Below are positions 40,614 to 49,891 of a stretch of DNA of 64,000 nucleotides, in pieces. Source of the stretch: a virus (taxonomy: Duplodnaviria; Caudoviricetes); the IMG/VR virus record IMGVR_UViG_3300030376_006611, positions 549 to 64,548 of that record; one strand, given 5' to 3'. The number at the start of each line of letters is the position of its first letter. The stretch's first letter is position 1. The position numbers and the translations under genes were made by a program. The notes below the pieces were generated by a model. The model searched no databases. It had not been told where the DNA came from and saw only the letters and a list, made by a program, of their open reading frames with translations.

Positions 40614-40874
40614 TTACGGAGTAACAACCCTTACCTTCAAGGAAAACACATTGGGTGTGCCTGTTTCAACAAGGGTGTACTCCATTCCCCTGTAATCGTA
40701 GTAAGTCACGCCCACTACAATCTCGTGCTCGAAGTGTGACACTGGGTGAGTACCATCCCAGATGGTGGGGATGACTAGATCACAGCTGTACTTTTCTGGT
40801 TGAACGAGTACGTTCTTTGGGGTTGTCATGCATCCAGCTAGAAACAAAGCTGGTGCTATGTGCAATAGTTTCAT
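40614..40874 (-). CDS. Predicted lipoprotein
   Basis: MKLLHIAPALFLAG-C lipobox. Confidence 0.65.
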   Translation of the reverse strand: MKLLHIAPALFLAGCMTTPKNVLVQPEKYSCDLVIPTIWDGTHPVSHFEHEIVVGVTYYDYRGMEYTLVETGTPNVFSLKVRVVTP

Positions 40875-40930
40875 GTAGCGAAGCTACATCAGCAGAGCAT
40901 TAAAATCAACGAAGCAACGTATAATGATGA

Positions 40931-41140
40931 TTATGTATCACTTTGTTTTTTGATGATCGAAAACCACTCTGGATCAAGCTTCTCTATGGGATCTATGAAC
41001 TCTTTATTGCAGTGATCATTGATCTCTTTCTGTTGTTCTGGGGTGTTTGTAACACAAACATTTGCGGCTTGGTACTTGGCGTTCTTCTCTAGGAGGGAGT
41101 CGATTTTGCGCTTCAATTTTTTGTGGCTATTTGTTTTCAT
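40931..41140 (-). CDS. Hypothetical protein
   Basis: Tracked ORF; TATCTTTA promoter-like motif upstream (41148-41155). Confidence 0.6.
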   Translation of the reverse strand: MKTNSHKKLKRKIDSLLEKNAKYQAANVCVTNTPEQQKEINDHCNKEFIDPIEKLDPEWFSIIKKQSDT

Positions 41141-41156
41141 GGACCGATAAAGATAG

Positions 41157-41651
41157 TCAATATCTTTGATCGTAATCCCAGACTCGGTATGACATTAACG
41201 ACTTGATATCGTGCAACTTAAGCATCGTGATGACATCCTGCCTATCTCTTCGGGTGTATTTTTTTAAGTAGGCATACCTCTTGTCATCCACCTTTTCATT
41301 GCGTACATGCTTCTCACAAAAAAAGGCGAGCTCATCGCGATCAACGATAGAGAACCCGCCCTCTTCTGGCATATCAAAAGCAATAATCGTAGCACCCCCG
41401 TACAGCCACCCTGGGTCTCCATTCACATTCTTGAACTCCACCCATATCTCATCTGGCAGGTTGTTTCCCTTTACATCAACACCCCATCGCTTACCGTCTC
41501 TATTGATGGCGAGCCAGTAGTCTATGTGCTTGTGTATGTCATCCTCTTTCTTGGCATGACCAACGAGTAAGCCCTTGTTCCTAGCGGCACGGGCAAATCT
41601 AACCTCAGCCACTCGGCCAGTGGTATTGGAGTACCGCCTCCTCTTATTCAT
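41157..41651 (-). CDS. PD-(D/E)xK nuclease-like protein
   Basis: HIDYWL...GVDVKG...IWVEFKNV.G..GW motif. Confidence 0.6.
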   Translation of the reverse strand: MNKRRRYSNTTGRVAEVRFARAARNKGLLVGHAKKEDDIHKHIDYWLAINRDGKRWGVDVKGNNLPDEIWVEFKNVNGDPGWLYGGATIIAFDMPEEGGFSIVDRDELAFFCEKHVRNEKVDDKRYAYLKKYTRRDRQDVITMLKLHDIKSLMSYRVWDYDQRY

Positions 41652-41862
41652 CAAACTCCTCTCTGTACTCCGAGGCAGCCGTCCTGATCGTGTCGATCTC
41701 GTGATTCACCCACTCGCGAAAGTCCTTGATTAGACTCTCTATGTCTTCTTGACTATGAGTCGGTGATCCGTCATCATGGATGCTCTCGTAGAGGTAAGTA
41801 GCAGCTTGATGAATCCGATCACAAGAACCGTGTATCAATCTACTCAGCTCAAATATCTCCAT
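41644..41862 (-). CDS. Hypothetical protein
   Basis: Overlap-coupled ORF in the replication operon. Confidence 0.6.
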   Translation of the reverse strand: MEIFELSRLIHGSCDRIHQAATYLYESIHDDGSPTHSQEDIESLIKDFREWVNHEIDTIRTAASEYREEFDE

Positions 41863-42322
41863 CCTTAATAGATTTTAGGATTTCTTGTACAGCATGATCC
41901 ACTTGCCTGCTGTTCTTCGCTAAAAATACTATGTAATCTGACTGAATACCAACTAAATACCGTAAAAAAAGCTTCCACCGCATCGGAAAGTCATGGTGAG
42001 ACGGTAAATATCCCTTGGTTTCTATGATCCACTTGTGGTTCTTACCCACAAAATCAGGGGTATACGTAATGGGGAGGACGACAGATCCTGTTCTATCTGC
42101 CATGTCCTTCCCCTTTGACGTCATCTTGAAGTACTTGTTCGGGAACCTGAATCGGTCCATCAATTCGAACTTGTGTTCTTCATAATCAAAATCTAGCCCG
42201 TATTCACGTAACTGATCCGCGCAATACTTTTCAATAGAGCTCTTATACCGTCCGAGCTGTTTTTTTTTGCGTGTACGCTTACGAGGCGTTTTCGTTTGTC
42301 GCTTCACATTGGGAAGGTACAC
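41849..42322 (-). CDS. T7 endonuclease I-like Holliday junction resolvase
   Basis: YKSSIE...YE...YTPDF...IIETKG...KW/RW.LF pattern. Confidence 0.7.
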   Translation of the reverse strand: MYLPNVKRQTKTPRKRTRKKKQLGRYKSSIEKYCADQLREYGLDFDYEEHKFELMDRFRFPNKYFKMTSKGKDMADRTGSVVLPITYTPDFVGKNHKWIIETKGYLPSHHDFPMRWKLFLRYLVGIQSDYIVFLAKNSRQVDHAVQEILKSIKDGDI

Positions 42323-44143
42323 TTAATTTCCTGAAGAATCCACTCCTGTTGATAAGAAATCCGTAAATGCAGGCATCGTTCCCTTTTGCTCAAACTTAAT
42401 TGACTCAAACAGAGGTCGTTGTCTAGCCCACGAGAAAAAGCCTGTGTGGGAAAGATTCATTACAAGCTTGTATGGCTCGTCCAGCGGGGTAGGTCTACCG
42501 CCTGTCTCCGTCTCTCTGACCTTTCTGACGTGTAACTCGCTCAGCTTACGGATATTGTGGTCCGCCGATTGAACCTTTCGGTGAATCGTCATGAAGCAAT
42601 CCGCTCTGTTTACGAACTTTCCACCGCCCTCTGTATCCTCAGCATACGGAGCAACGGGCAATCCATCAGCCCCCTTGCGTCTCTGCGCCTCAGTAACGGC
42701 GTGCATGTTGAGCCACACGGCCACGTTGTTGGACTTGCTAAAAGTCAGGAACTCTGACGCCGCCTCGTAGTGGTAGTCATGCACACCGATGGAGGTATTG
42801 CGCATATCTAGCTTCAGGCTGTTGTAGGGGTCGATAAAGATTGCATCGACCTCTTGCTGTCGCATGATCTTCTCCATGAATACAATGATATCTGAGTAGG
42901 AGTACACGCTCTCGTTACTGATAACTACGAAGTGCTCCTGTACCCAGGCGTATGCCTTCTTGCGCTCGAAGTAGTTCATGTCTGCGACCTTCTTGTCCAT
43001 AGCGAACTGCATGAGCTGCATCTTGACGGATGCGGTCCTGTTCTCGCTGGAGTATATGATCCATTTCCACCCGTGTCTGATCGAGGCATTGGCGATAAGG
43101 TACAGGGCTGTAGTGGTCTTACCTACGTTGGAGTGCCCATTGATAATTACGAACTCCTTCTTGTATCGGAAGTACTCATCGAGGGCTGTGTCCCCTGTGT
43201 CAAGGCCAATTTCAATCTTGCCTTGAGAGTAGTCGTCAATCCATCTAAAGTCCTCGTCGTCGGACGACACGAAAGACATGTCCCCGTCGTTTATGAGCAT
43301 CTCGCGCTTAACGTTCTTCTCCTCGTCGATGAGGTCACGTATAGGCATGATCTTCCCGTTCTCAATGCCATCGCGGATCGTAAGCTTTGCCATCTCTGGC
43401 GAGTCGATATCTCTCTTGGAAATCTCCCTGAATAGGATACGTACCGCCTCGTCCTCCTCCATCTTCCCTGCACCGATGTATCCACCGCACAGTCTAGCCG
43501 CATCGAACAGCGTCCTGTGCTTGTCCCCGTCCTGTGCGTTGCGAATCATTCGCGCGGCCAGGTTGAGCTTCATGTAGTCAGTGTAGTCGTATGCCTCGTT
43601 GGTGGGGACCTGTGCCTCGGCACGCTCTGTAGTGAACGCCCCGAACTTCTTGCACTCGTCCTTGATGATGATATCTGGATCATGCGACTCCCAGCATGCG
43701 CGCGACTCGTTGATACCAGACTCGTCTAGCCCAAGCCCGTGTGTTCTTTCGAAGTACTTAATAAGGGCACGGAAGTGATCCCTGTGCCTCTCTGGGTTGG
43801 TGATCTGTACCAGCGCCTTGACGCCCTCTCCGCTAGGCGAAGTCCAGCATGAATGAATGAAATCATCCGTGGCAAGGGCCTTCTTGGTCGAGTCAACGTC
43901 AACGTGGTCAAAGTCCAGAACAATAAATCCCGAATGCTCGAAGAGCGCGTCATCGGCACGCGACGAAAACTCCCCGCTGAAACAAACAACGGGGAGCGCC
44001 TTTTTCTTCTCTTTGTTACCAGTTCTGACATCAGCTACTAGTGTACTCGATTTCCCATCTCGAATCCTCTCCAGAGCTAGCTGTAGTGGAATGTGATGCG
44101 GTGTTGTCTTGTCGAATACGTCTTTGAATATCGTTACTTGCAT
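42323..44143 (-). CDS. Primase-helicase (VirE-N/BT4734-like N-terminus plus DnaB-like SF4 helicase)
   Basis: SGFIVLDFDH, SPSGEGVKAL; Walker A GHSNVGKTT; FIDPYN; ATG at 44143 preferred over the tracked TTG at 44155. Confidence 0.78.
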   Translation of the reverse strand: MQVTIFKDVFDKTTPHHIPLQLALERIRDGKSSTLVADVRTGNKEKKKALPVVCFSGEFSSRADDALFEHSGFIVLDFDHVDVDSTKKALATDDFIHSCWTSPSGEGVKALVQITNPERHRDHFRALIKYFERTHGLGLDESGINESRACWESHDPDIIIKDECKKFGAFTTERAEAQVPTNEAYDYTDYMKLNLAARMIRNAQDGDKHRTLFDAARLCGGYIGAGKMEEDEAVRILFREISKRDIDSPEMAKLTIRDGIENGKIMPIRDLIDEEKNVKREMLINDGDMSFVSSDDEDFRWIDDYSQGKIEIGLDTGDTALDEYFRYKKEFVIINGHSNVGKTTTALYLIANASIRHGWKWIIYSSENRTASVKMQLMQFAMDKKVADMNYFERKKAYAWVQEHFVVISNESVYSYSDIIVFMEKIMRQQEVDAIFIDPYNSLKLDMRNTSIGVHDYHYEAASEFLTFSKSNNVAVWLNMHAVTEAQRRKGADGLPVAPYAEDTEGGGKFVNRADCFMTIHRKVQSADHNIRKLSELHVRKVRETETGGRPTPLDEPYKLVMNLSHTGFFSWARQRPLFESIKFEQKGTMPAFTDFLSTGVDSSGN

Positions 44144-44396
44144 TGTCTTGGGCAATCATTAAGAGAATCATGTATCCTGCCAGGTCCTGCAGGGTGTCTT
44201 CTGTGTCGTCGATTGGACCTGAGTTCTTGATGCGCTTTAGCTTGTCATCAATTCTTGCTTTAATGCTCGACACGGCATTTGCCTTCGAGAATATGTTGAG
44301 CGGATCCAAGGCCGCATCGCCATACCTCGCATTTTTTTGAAGCAGTAAGTCCTCTAACTTCTTGCACTTCGATTTAATTTTCTGTCTTGTGTTCAT
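44031..44396 (-). CDS. Nucleotide-modification-associated domain 1 (DUF1599-like) protein
   Basis: LLQKNARYG...RIDDKLKRI...DTLQDLAGY motif. Confidence 0.65.
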   Translation of the reverse strand: MNTRQKIKSKCKKLEDLLLQKNARYGDAALDPLNIFSKANAVSSIKARIDDKLKRIKNSGPIDDTEDTLQDLAGYMILLMIAQDNASNDIQRRIRQDNTASHSTTASSGEDSRWEIEYTSS

Positions 44397-44619
44397 CCAG
44401 GGTTAGGTTAGAGCGTGAAATGAATTTTTTTGTGAGTATCTGTCGTATGATAATATGCTTATCAGCCTTGGCGTTCTTCCCGTACAGCTCTTCCCCTAAC
44501 CTATACATGGTCTTGGTGTCGTGAGCGGCGATTTGGTGTGGGGTGTCGAACACAGATACTATCCATACGACACGCTCGGTGACCTTCTTTTTTTTCTTGA
44601 AGGCCACACGAGCGGTCAT
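44374..44619 (-). CDS. Hypothetical protein (start revised from 44790)
   Basis: MTARVAFKKKKK; the tracked upstream extension overlaps the SSB-like gene. Confidence 0.55.
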   Translation of the reverse strand: MTARVAFKKKKKVTERVVWIVSVFDTPHQIAAHDTKTMYRLGEELYGKNAKADKHIIIRQILTKKFISRSNLTLDEHKTEN

Positions 44620-44635
44620 ATAGTATATGGGAGCC

Positions 44636-44932
44636 TTAGAACGGCAGGTCACTTGTCTCAGCCTTCTGCTTGCGTTCTGCACGCTTCTGCTTGGCTGCCT
44701 CGCTGTTCGGATCGAACACGCTGCAGCATGGCTTACCATTCTTAGACATAAACAGCTTGAGGTATACGTTACCACCCTGCCCTTCGGCATTTTTGGTGGT
44801 TGTGTATTTCTCCAGCATTTCCTTGAGCTCCGTGTCTTTAAGCTTCACGGACCAGCTTGAGAGTTGTCCCTCGTACATGCGAGGCTCTTCGGTGTACCCT
44901 ACGAGTACGGAATCATAGCTTGTATCGCTCAT
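44636..44932 (-). CDS. Putative single-stranded DNA-binding protein
   Basis: Small beta protein ending in the SSB-type tail SDLPF, in the replication operon. Confidence 0.55.
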   Translation of the reverse strand: MSDTSYDSVLVGYTEEPRMYEGQLSSWSVKLKDTELKEMLEKYTTTKNAEGQGGNVYLKLFMSKNGKPCCSVFDPNSEAAKQKRAERKQKAETSDLPF

Positions 44933-45004
44933 GATGTAATAAAATTTAAAAAATTGATATGGAAAATGTAAAACACGATGGCCAATATAGACCATCTAAC
45001 TATT

Positions 45005-45766
45005 CTATACGGCAAACTCGGCAAAGAATCTTTCAGCGGGGTTGGGGTCATCTAAGTAATTTTTAATGTTTTCTAACGCTTCATGGAACTTCATCTCACC
45101 CTTGAACAGAGTCTCGTCAGAGCACTTGACGTCGGCAGGATAGAAGGGGTATGCCTTCTCCTGTACTACCCAGTAGTAATCCTTGAGATCAAATACCTTG
45201 CAGTAGATGTACGCCTGAATGTCGTAGCAGAAGCTGTTGACGTCATACCTGAACTTGTCGATTGAGCGTGAAGACTTGGAGTCCACGATGAATTGTCCGT
45301 CCTGTAGGCAGTCGAGGAATCCTTTAAGCGGTACCCCATCAATGTCTACGTTGAACTCTACCTGAAACTTACCGCCTGCAAAACGTTTGTCATACAGGCC
45401 GCAGTCCTTCAGGCGTTGAATCATTTCTTCTGCTTGCTTCCAGTCCTTCTGTCCGACGATGGTTTTACCCAAGTGCTTTTGCTCCTCTTCCTTCTTCCAT
45501 TCTCGATAGCGCTTAGTATTGCGGGGGAACTTACCACCAATACTACTGACGATATCCATATCGTCCAAAACATGGTATGTGTCATGTGCTTTCTCTGGTT
45601 CAAAGAGGAGCATATCGTACAGGCTCCCAAAGGTTAGTGCTTCTGATTCTTTCTTGAGCTGTCCCTTCATGTACATCTCCCAGAGACGCATGTCTCCGAG
45701 TGCATGCTTGAGCGATGAGTATGACAGGTGTGGCTTACCAGTTGCCTCTTTTAATTTATCTCTCAT
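45005..45766 (-). CDS. PD-(D/E)xK exonuclease (RecE/Exo VIII-like)
   Basis: HLSYSSL, FGSLYD, LKGFLD...IVDSK...Y.IQAYIY motifs. Confidence 0.75.
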   Translation of the reverse strand: MRDKLKEATGKPHLSYSSLKHALGDMRLWEMYMKGQLKKESEALTFGSLYDMLLFEPEKAHDTYHVLDDMDIVSSIGGKFPRNTKRYREWKKEEEQKHLGKTIVGQKDWKQAEEMIQRLKDCGLYDKRFAGGKFQVEFNVDIDGVPLKGFLDCLQDGQFIVDSKSSRSIDKFRYDVNSFCYDIQAYIYCKVFDLKDYYWVVQEKAYPFYPADVKCSDETLFKGEMKFHEALENIKNYLDDPNPAERFFAEFAV

Positions 45767-45974
45767 TGTTTAGGTCGTTCCAGTGTTTAGTAGCCTCCCA
45801 TATATTGTCGTAGACGTCCTGGTGAAACCAAGTAAAATGACTAGCGACAGCTTGACGAGCATCCTCGTTGCACATATACTTGGCTCTCTTGTAGTATGCA
45901 TACAAGATCTCACGCTCTGCATCTTGGCGCTTGTCTATCGCCTCGTTGAGCTGTTGCCTTATGGCTGGGGTCAT
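45756..45974 (-). CDS. Hypothetical protein
   Basis: Overlap-coupled ORF. Confidence 0.6.
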   Translation of the reverse strand: MTPAIRQQLNEAIDKRQDAEREILYAYYKRAKYMCNEDARQAVASHFTWFHQDVYDNIWEATKHWNDLNNER

Positions 45975-46117
45975 GATTTGTCAAGGAATGAATCAAGGCC
46001 AAGAATCGTAGGGCACCAAATTCCAACATAAAGTCCAGAGATTTGATTACCCGTAAACCAAAGCGTTAAGGACAATGTCATTGACACAAACGCTGCTGTT
46101 AAAAGTGTATTTCTCAT
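45971..46117 (-). CDS. 48-aa two-helix membrane protein (GLYVGIWCPTIL), not in ORF track
   Basis: ATGA overlaps at both ends; two hydrophobic segments. Confidence 0.7.
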   Translation of the reverse strand: MRNTLLTAAFVSMTLSLTLWFTGNQISGLYVGIWCPTILGLDSFLDKS

Positions 46118-46668
46118 CGTACGAATTTTTTGAGTCCAGCGACCTGCTTCTCAGTGAGCTGATCGCCATATTTTTTTGTGATGGCGGTGAAGGCTTTCTT
46201 CTTGTCGGTCTGCGACTTGATGTACCCTACCGCCTTGTCCATGATATTCTCTACTGGCGCATCGAGCGCCTTACTAAGCTTTTGAACGTGAGGGTTCTCA
46301 ATGACGGCTTGCTGTTTGGCAATGGCTTCTTCGACCTCATTAGCTGACGCAATAGACGTGTCGATTCCGATTCCAAGCATAGCGAGGGCTCGCCCCACGG
46401 CTGAAGTTTCACAATTTTCGACATAGGATGTTTTGTTGATGTTGGATGAGCTACGCTCCTCGTGAGCATGGCCCGTGGCTACCACACGCTGTGATTCGTC
46501 AGCGATGGTGCATTTGCATACACAGCTCTCTCCGTCGAGGACAGGGAAGTCTGTGGCAATGGTCCAGTTCATGTAGCGCTCCTCCTGACGGAAGAACTTG
46601 ATGCGCTCATTGACCTCAACGTACTGCTTGCCACGAATGTTCGTGGTCTTGAACTTGTAGTTAGACAT
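46114..46668 (-). CDS. Single-strand annealing recombinase (Sak/Rad52-like)
   Basis: GKQYVEVNERI...ATGHA.E...INKTSYVENCETSAVGRAL; adjacent to the exonuclease. Confidence 0.68.
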   Translation of the reverse strand: MSNYKFKTTNIRGKQYVEVNERIKFFRQEERYMNWTIATDFPVLDGESCVCKCTIADESQRVVATGHAHEERSSSNINKTSYVENCETSAVGRALAMLGIGIDTSIASANEVEEAIAKQQAVIENPHVQKLSKALDAPVENIMDKAVGYIKSQTDKKKAFTAITKKYGDQLTEKQVAGLKKFVR

Positions 46669-46698
46669 GATGATAGTGAATTGAATTGAGTGTGCAAA

Positions 46699-47133
46699 TT
46701 AAGAAGAAGGCATTTGGTATCCAAGCCCTTCTATAAGCTTTTCCTCCATTTCTGTTAACAATCTTATGCATTTCTGCACCTCGATCAGCCTGTCGTGGGA
46801 TGTCAGCTTTGTGGATATGGGGTTGATATTCATTTCTTCAGCTAAATCCATGACAATCTTAGTGGCAAGAGAATACTTGCGCAGATAGTCGGGGGAGTGT
46901 AGCATCAGGCCGTTGTGTTCCTTGCGATGATGCACGAACGTCGAGTGGTCTTTGTTGAACAACTTGCCTATCTGAACAAGCGTAGCGTATGGTCGCATGG
47001 CATTGCCAAGCGCGGCCCTGCTCTCTACGAAGTATCTCAGTCGAGAGTTGTCTTCGATGACCTCGCCTGTTTCGGACTCAAACCTGATTCGTACGCCGCG
47101 AAGCATTGTCTCAACCTTTTGTTTTTGACTCAT
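46699..47133 (-). CDS. DnaA domain IV (C-terminal helix-turn-helix)-like DNA-binding protein
   Basis: SRLRYFVESR...TLVQIGKLFNKDHSTFVH matches the DnaA signature R.R..V..R...SL.EIG..F..DHTTV.H. Confidence 0.68.
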   Translation of the reverse strand: MSQKQKVETMLRGVRIRFESETGEVIEDNSRLRYFVESRAALGNAMRPYATLVQIGKLFNKDHSTFVHHRKEHNGLMLHSPDYLRKYSLATKIVMDLAEEMNINPISTKLTSHDRLIEVQKCIRLLTEMEEKLIEGLGYQMPSS

Positions 47134-47138
47134 GTGTT

Positions 47139-47549
47139 TTATTTGATGGTTTCTTTGATGAAGTATTGTGCGGCGAAGTATTCGCTCAACACGTCGAACA
47201 GCTCAACCACGCGACCAGAGAAGTTTCGGAAGGTTGTTGCGTTATCGAGGCGGTTCTCTTGTTCGATGCCGAGGTTGTCAAGCATCTCCTCCTGCTCAAG
47301 CATGGCCTCGATGTCTGATACAATCTCGGAGTTGAGTTCTTCTACCGCCTCCTTGAAGTTGTCGACGATAACGTCGGGCCCCATGAATGCCCACTCTTCA
47401 AGGCCATACTCGCGTATGTCAACAAGAATAATCTTGCGGGCAACCATGGCAGGTCTAACGTTATCGGGTAGGTACTCCTTGAGAAAGGAGTCAACCTTGT
47501 CCTGTGTTAGTGGTTTGGTAAGGAATCGAAATCCTTCGTCGTTAGTCAT
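47139..47549 (-). CDS. Acidic hypothetical protein
   Basis: Tracked ORF. Confidence 0.6.
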   Translation of the reverse strand: MTNDEGFRFLTKPLTQDKVDSFLKEYLPDNVRPAMVARKIILVDIREYGLEEWAFMGPDVIVDNFKEAVEELNSEIVSDIEAMLEQEEMLDNLGIEQENRLDNATTFRNFSGRVVELFDVLSEYFAAQYFIKETIK

Positions 47550-47688
47550 TGGCTTGTGTGTTTTTTTGTTTCAACAATTTTTTAATTAGTCTCTGCATCT
47601 TGCGCCTTCGGTGGCGCGGGGATCGTAGCTCGTCGTTGCCGAGCACTGAAGACATCTGCTTCGTACCCTGTCTGGTTTTCTTACCCAT
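47542..47688 (-). CDS. 48-aa basic hypothetical protein, not in ORF track
   Basis: MGKKTRQG...QKNTQAND fills the gap with short overlaps at both ends. Confidence 0.5.
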   Translation of the reverse strand: MGKKTRQGTKQMSSVLGNDELRSPRHRRRKMQRLIKKLLKQKNTQAND

Positions 47689-48073
47689 ATATCTTTGCTT
47701 TGGATGTGGTTAGAATTAAGAATGTTTTGCCGTCCACGTTGAAGTCCGTGTCTGTGAACCAATGCGGATTCTTGCGTGGGTTGTACTTGTACTGCGTCAG
47801 CACCTTCTCATCTACCTCCTCGAACGTAGGACTCTTGCGGTATTCGATGTCGAGATTGTCGCAGTCCACCCATGCACATACCGTCTTGTTAGCCCCCTCG
47901 AATATCTTGCGGGCGGTGGACTCTTGGTTGCCCAGCTTGCAGTTGTACATCTTGATGTTGCATTTCTCGGGGTCGTAGTAGTCTCGGTAGTGGCCATTCC
48001 TCTTGTCCACCACCTGCCAGTGCATGTAGTTCTTGCCCTTGGCCAAATGGAATCGTACTCTAAATCTTTTCAT
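47681..48073 (-). CDS. Conserved phage hypothetical protein (RFHLAKGKNYMHWQV)
   Basis: Recognisable motif; clean ORF. Confidence 0.7.
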   Translation of the reverse strand: MKRFRVRFHLAKGKNYMHWQVVDKRNGHYRDYYDPEKCNIKMYNCKLGNQESTARKIFEGANKTVCAWVDCDNLDIEYRKSPTFEEVDEKVLTQYKYNPRKNPHWFTDTDFNVDGKTFLILTTSKAKIYG

Positions 48074-48224
48074 CTTGTATTCGTAGTCTTTGTTTTGCTT
48101 CGTAGTCTCTGACCATGCAGTCGAGAATCATGTGGTCTTGTGGGTTGCGGTAGAGCTCGTACCTCTGCATCATGTTGTCGATGCGACGCTCAAGCTCATG
48201 CATGTATTCGTCAGTTAGTAGCAT
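48060..48224 (-). CDS. Small hypothetical protein
   Basis: MLLTDEYMHEL; start revised from 48311. Confidence 0.5.
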   Translation of the reverse strand: MLLTDEYMHELERRIDNMMQRYELYRNPQDHMILDCMVRDYEAKQRLRIQDEKI

Positions 48225-48343
48225 TCGCATTCGCATGGTTTGTGTGGTGGCCTTCCGTTCTTTGGTGGTTCGTATTTGTCGTAGTCGGTGACGCCACCAC
48301 AACAGGGGCATCTACCGCGCTTGATGTATTCTTCAATCTTCAT
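48215..48343 (-). CDS. 42-aa Cys-rich, probably zinc-binding peptide
   Basis: CPCCGG...CECEC. Confidence 0.5.
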   Translation of the reverse strand: MKIEEYIKRGRCPCCGGVTDYDKYEPPKNGRPPHKPCECECY

Positions 48344-48929
48344 TCTTGTTTTCTTCTTGGTCGTCAACCCCGTGGATACGGCACTCGAAATCCTTGTCAG
48401 CACACAGGTTCTTGAGTGCGTCTACTACAAAGGACTCTTCGTACTGACCAACTTTGTCGCGCATCCAGTCGAGGTCAAGCTCAGCATCGAGATGGATGTC
48501 TCGTGCGAATGTCACCTCGAAGTCACCGCAGTATTCATTCTCGCATACGTTGATGGTCTGCCCTTCGAGCTCAGCAACAGCATCATTGATGCCTGACTGC
48601 ACACCTTCACGGAAGATGGCGATGGCTACCGCCTTGGGGATGACGGGCATAGTAGGGGTGTCTTCACGAAGGCGGTCAAGGGCTGCTGTCTCTATCTTAA
48701 GACACTCTTTAAGGTTAGCAACCTCACGTTCGAGCATGACGATGTCGTCGTACTGACCCTGCACCTTGGCTTCGAGCTCTTGCACCTGCTTGGTCAGCGC
48801 CTCCTCACGTCCTGTCTGCTCTTGGGATTTGGCGATGGACTCAATGGTTTGCTTTGCAGTAGAGATAGCGTCCTCTGCGTAGCGGATGCTTGCTTCAAGC
48901 TCCTGCTTGGATTTCTGTATTGGATTCAT
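48333..48929 (-). CDS. Coiled-coil plus acidic early protein (start revised from 49091)
   Basis: MNPIQKSKQELE; ATGA overlap with the upstream ORF. Confidence 0.65.
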   Translation of the reverse strand: MNPIQKSKQELEASIRYAEDAISTAKQTIESIAKSQEQTGREEALTKQVQELEAKVQGQYDDIVMLEREVANLKECLKIETAALDRLREDTPTMPVIPKAVAIAIFREGVQSGINDAVAELEGQTINVCENEYCGDFEVTFARDIHLDAELDLDWMRDKVGQYEESFVVDALKNLCADKDFECRIHGVDDQEENKNED

Positions 48930-49120
48930 GGGTTGATAGGTTTTTTGAGTTTGAGTTTGAGTTGTTCTGATGCGTAGTTGATGTGTTTCTGCGTTGTAAC
49001 TGACACGATTCCAGGTAGTTGCTGTAACCTGTTGCCTTGGATGCGAGCGACAGGTGTCCCGTAGCTGACAACGTAGCCGTTGGTCGTCCATAGGTTTTGT
49101 TTGAATCGTGGGAATCTCAT
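48926..49120 (-). CDS. Early hypothetical protein (SYGTPVA...SVTTQKHIN family)
   Basis: Overlap-coupled; recalled phage motif. Confidence 0.6.
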   Translation of the reverse strand: MRFPRFKQNLWTTNGYVVSYGTPVARIQGNRLQQLPGIVSVTTQKHINYASEQLKLKLKKPINP

Positions 49121-49344
49121 GCTATTCCGTTTAGTTCTGCCTTGTCGGTCATTGTTCCATCGCGCTCAATCCACCCGTCGTCGATCAGGGCTGATGCGGT
49201 GCGTCCGTAGTGTCCTTGGAGGCTCCAAGCCATGCCTGTCTTGAGTAGCTCAGAGAACAGGCGAAGGGTTTGCTTGTCGTTGAGATGCCCCATCTCGTAG
49301 TCGATGATTCGGTTGGTTACGTCGTATGCTTTAGTGTTCTTCAT
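49117..49344 (-). CDS. Conserved early phage protein (AWSLQGHYGRTA..LI..G)
   Basis: Recognisable motif; start revised from 49368. Confidence 0.65.
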   Translation of the reverse strand: MKNTKAYDVTNRIIDYEMGHLNDKQTLRLFSELLKTGMAWSLQGHYGRTASALIDDGWIERDGTMTDKAELNGIA

Positions 49345-49573
49345 TGTCTGTAAATTTTGGGGATTCATTCATGATAAACTTGGACACGAGGTCCTCGATT
49401 TCGCTGACAACCTCGTCCACGTCGCCGTGTGTGAGGTCGTACTCCTTAATCATGAGGCGGGCTAGTTGTTGGTAGCCGCTTACGTCGAGGGTCTGGCCGT
49501 CGAGATTGTAGCCACGGTGGTTGAAGCAGTCACTAACGTAGCACCGCAGGTCGTATAAGGTTTCGTCAATCAT
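49331..49573 (-). CDS. Acidic early hypothetical protein
   Basis: Tracked ORF. Confidence 0.6.
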   Translation of the reverse strand: MIDETLYDLRCYVSDCFNHRGYNLDGQTLDVSGYQQLARLMIKEYDLTHGDVDEVVSEIEDLVSKFIMNESPKFTDNEEH

Positions 49574-49731
49574 TGTATGTTGTCGTTGTAAAGGTTTGAA
49601 AGGTCTTCGTACAGCTCCATCAGGTGCTGTTGAACGTCGAAGTCAGGGGTGTCTTGTAGCTCCATGTACTCCTCCATCCTGTCCATGAACACTGAACCGA
49701 TGGAGGCCATTGTCGCTGTCATGTTACTCAT
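49570..49731 (-). CDS. Small acidic early protein
   Basis: MSNMTATMAS; start revised from 49800. Confidence 0.5.
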   Translation of the reverse strand: MSNMTATMASIGSVFMDRMEEYMELQDTPDFDVQQHLMELYEDLSNLYNDNIQ

Positions 49732-49891
49732 TGTCTTCAAAGTATTCGTTATACAATTCGTCAATCTGTTCGTCAGCGATATCCTTGAGGTCTTCCTCAA
49801 TGGATTCGTAGACGTAGTGGTACATGGTCTTCCAATCCATACCCTGCACTACGCTTTCGATGTAGCGGTCAATCTTTTCTTCACGAGTCAT
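49724..49891 (-). CDS. 55-aa highly acidic early protein, not in ORF track
   Basis: MTREEKIDRY...EEDLKDIADEQIDELYNEYFEDNE. Confidence 0.65.
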   Translation of the reverse strand: MTREEKIDRYIESVVQGMDWKTMYHYVYESIEEDLKDIADEQIDELYNEYFEDNE

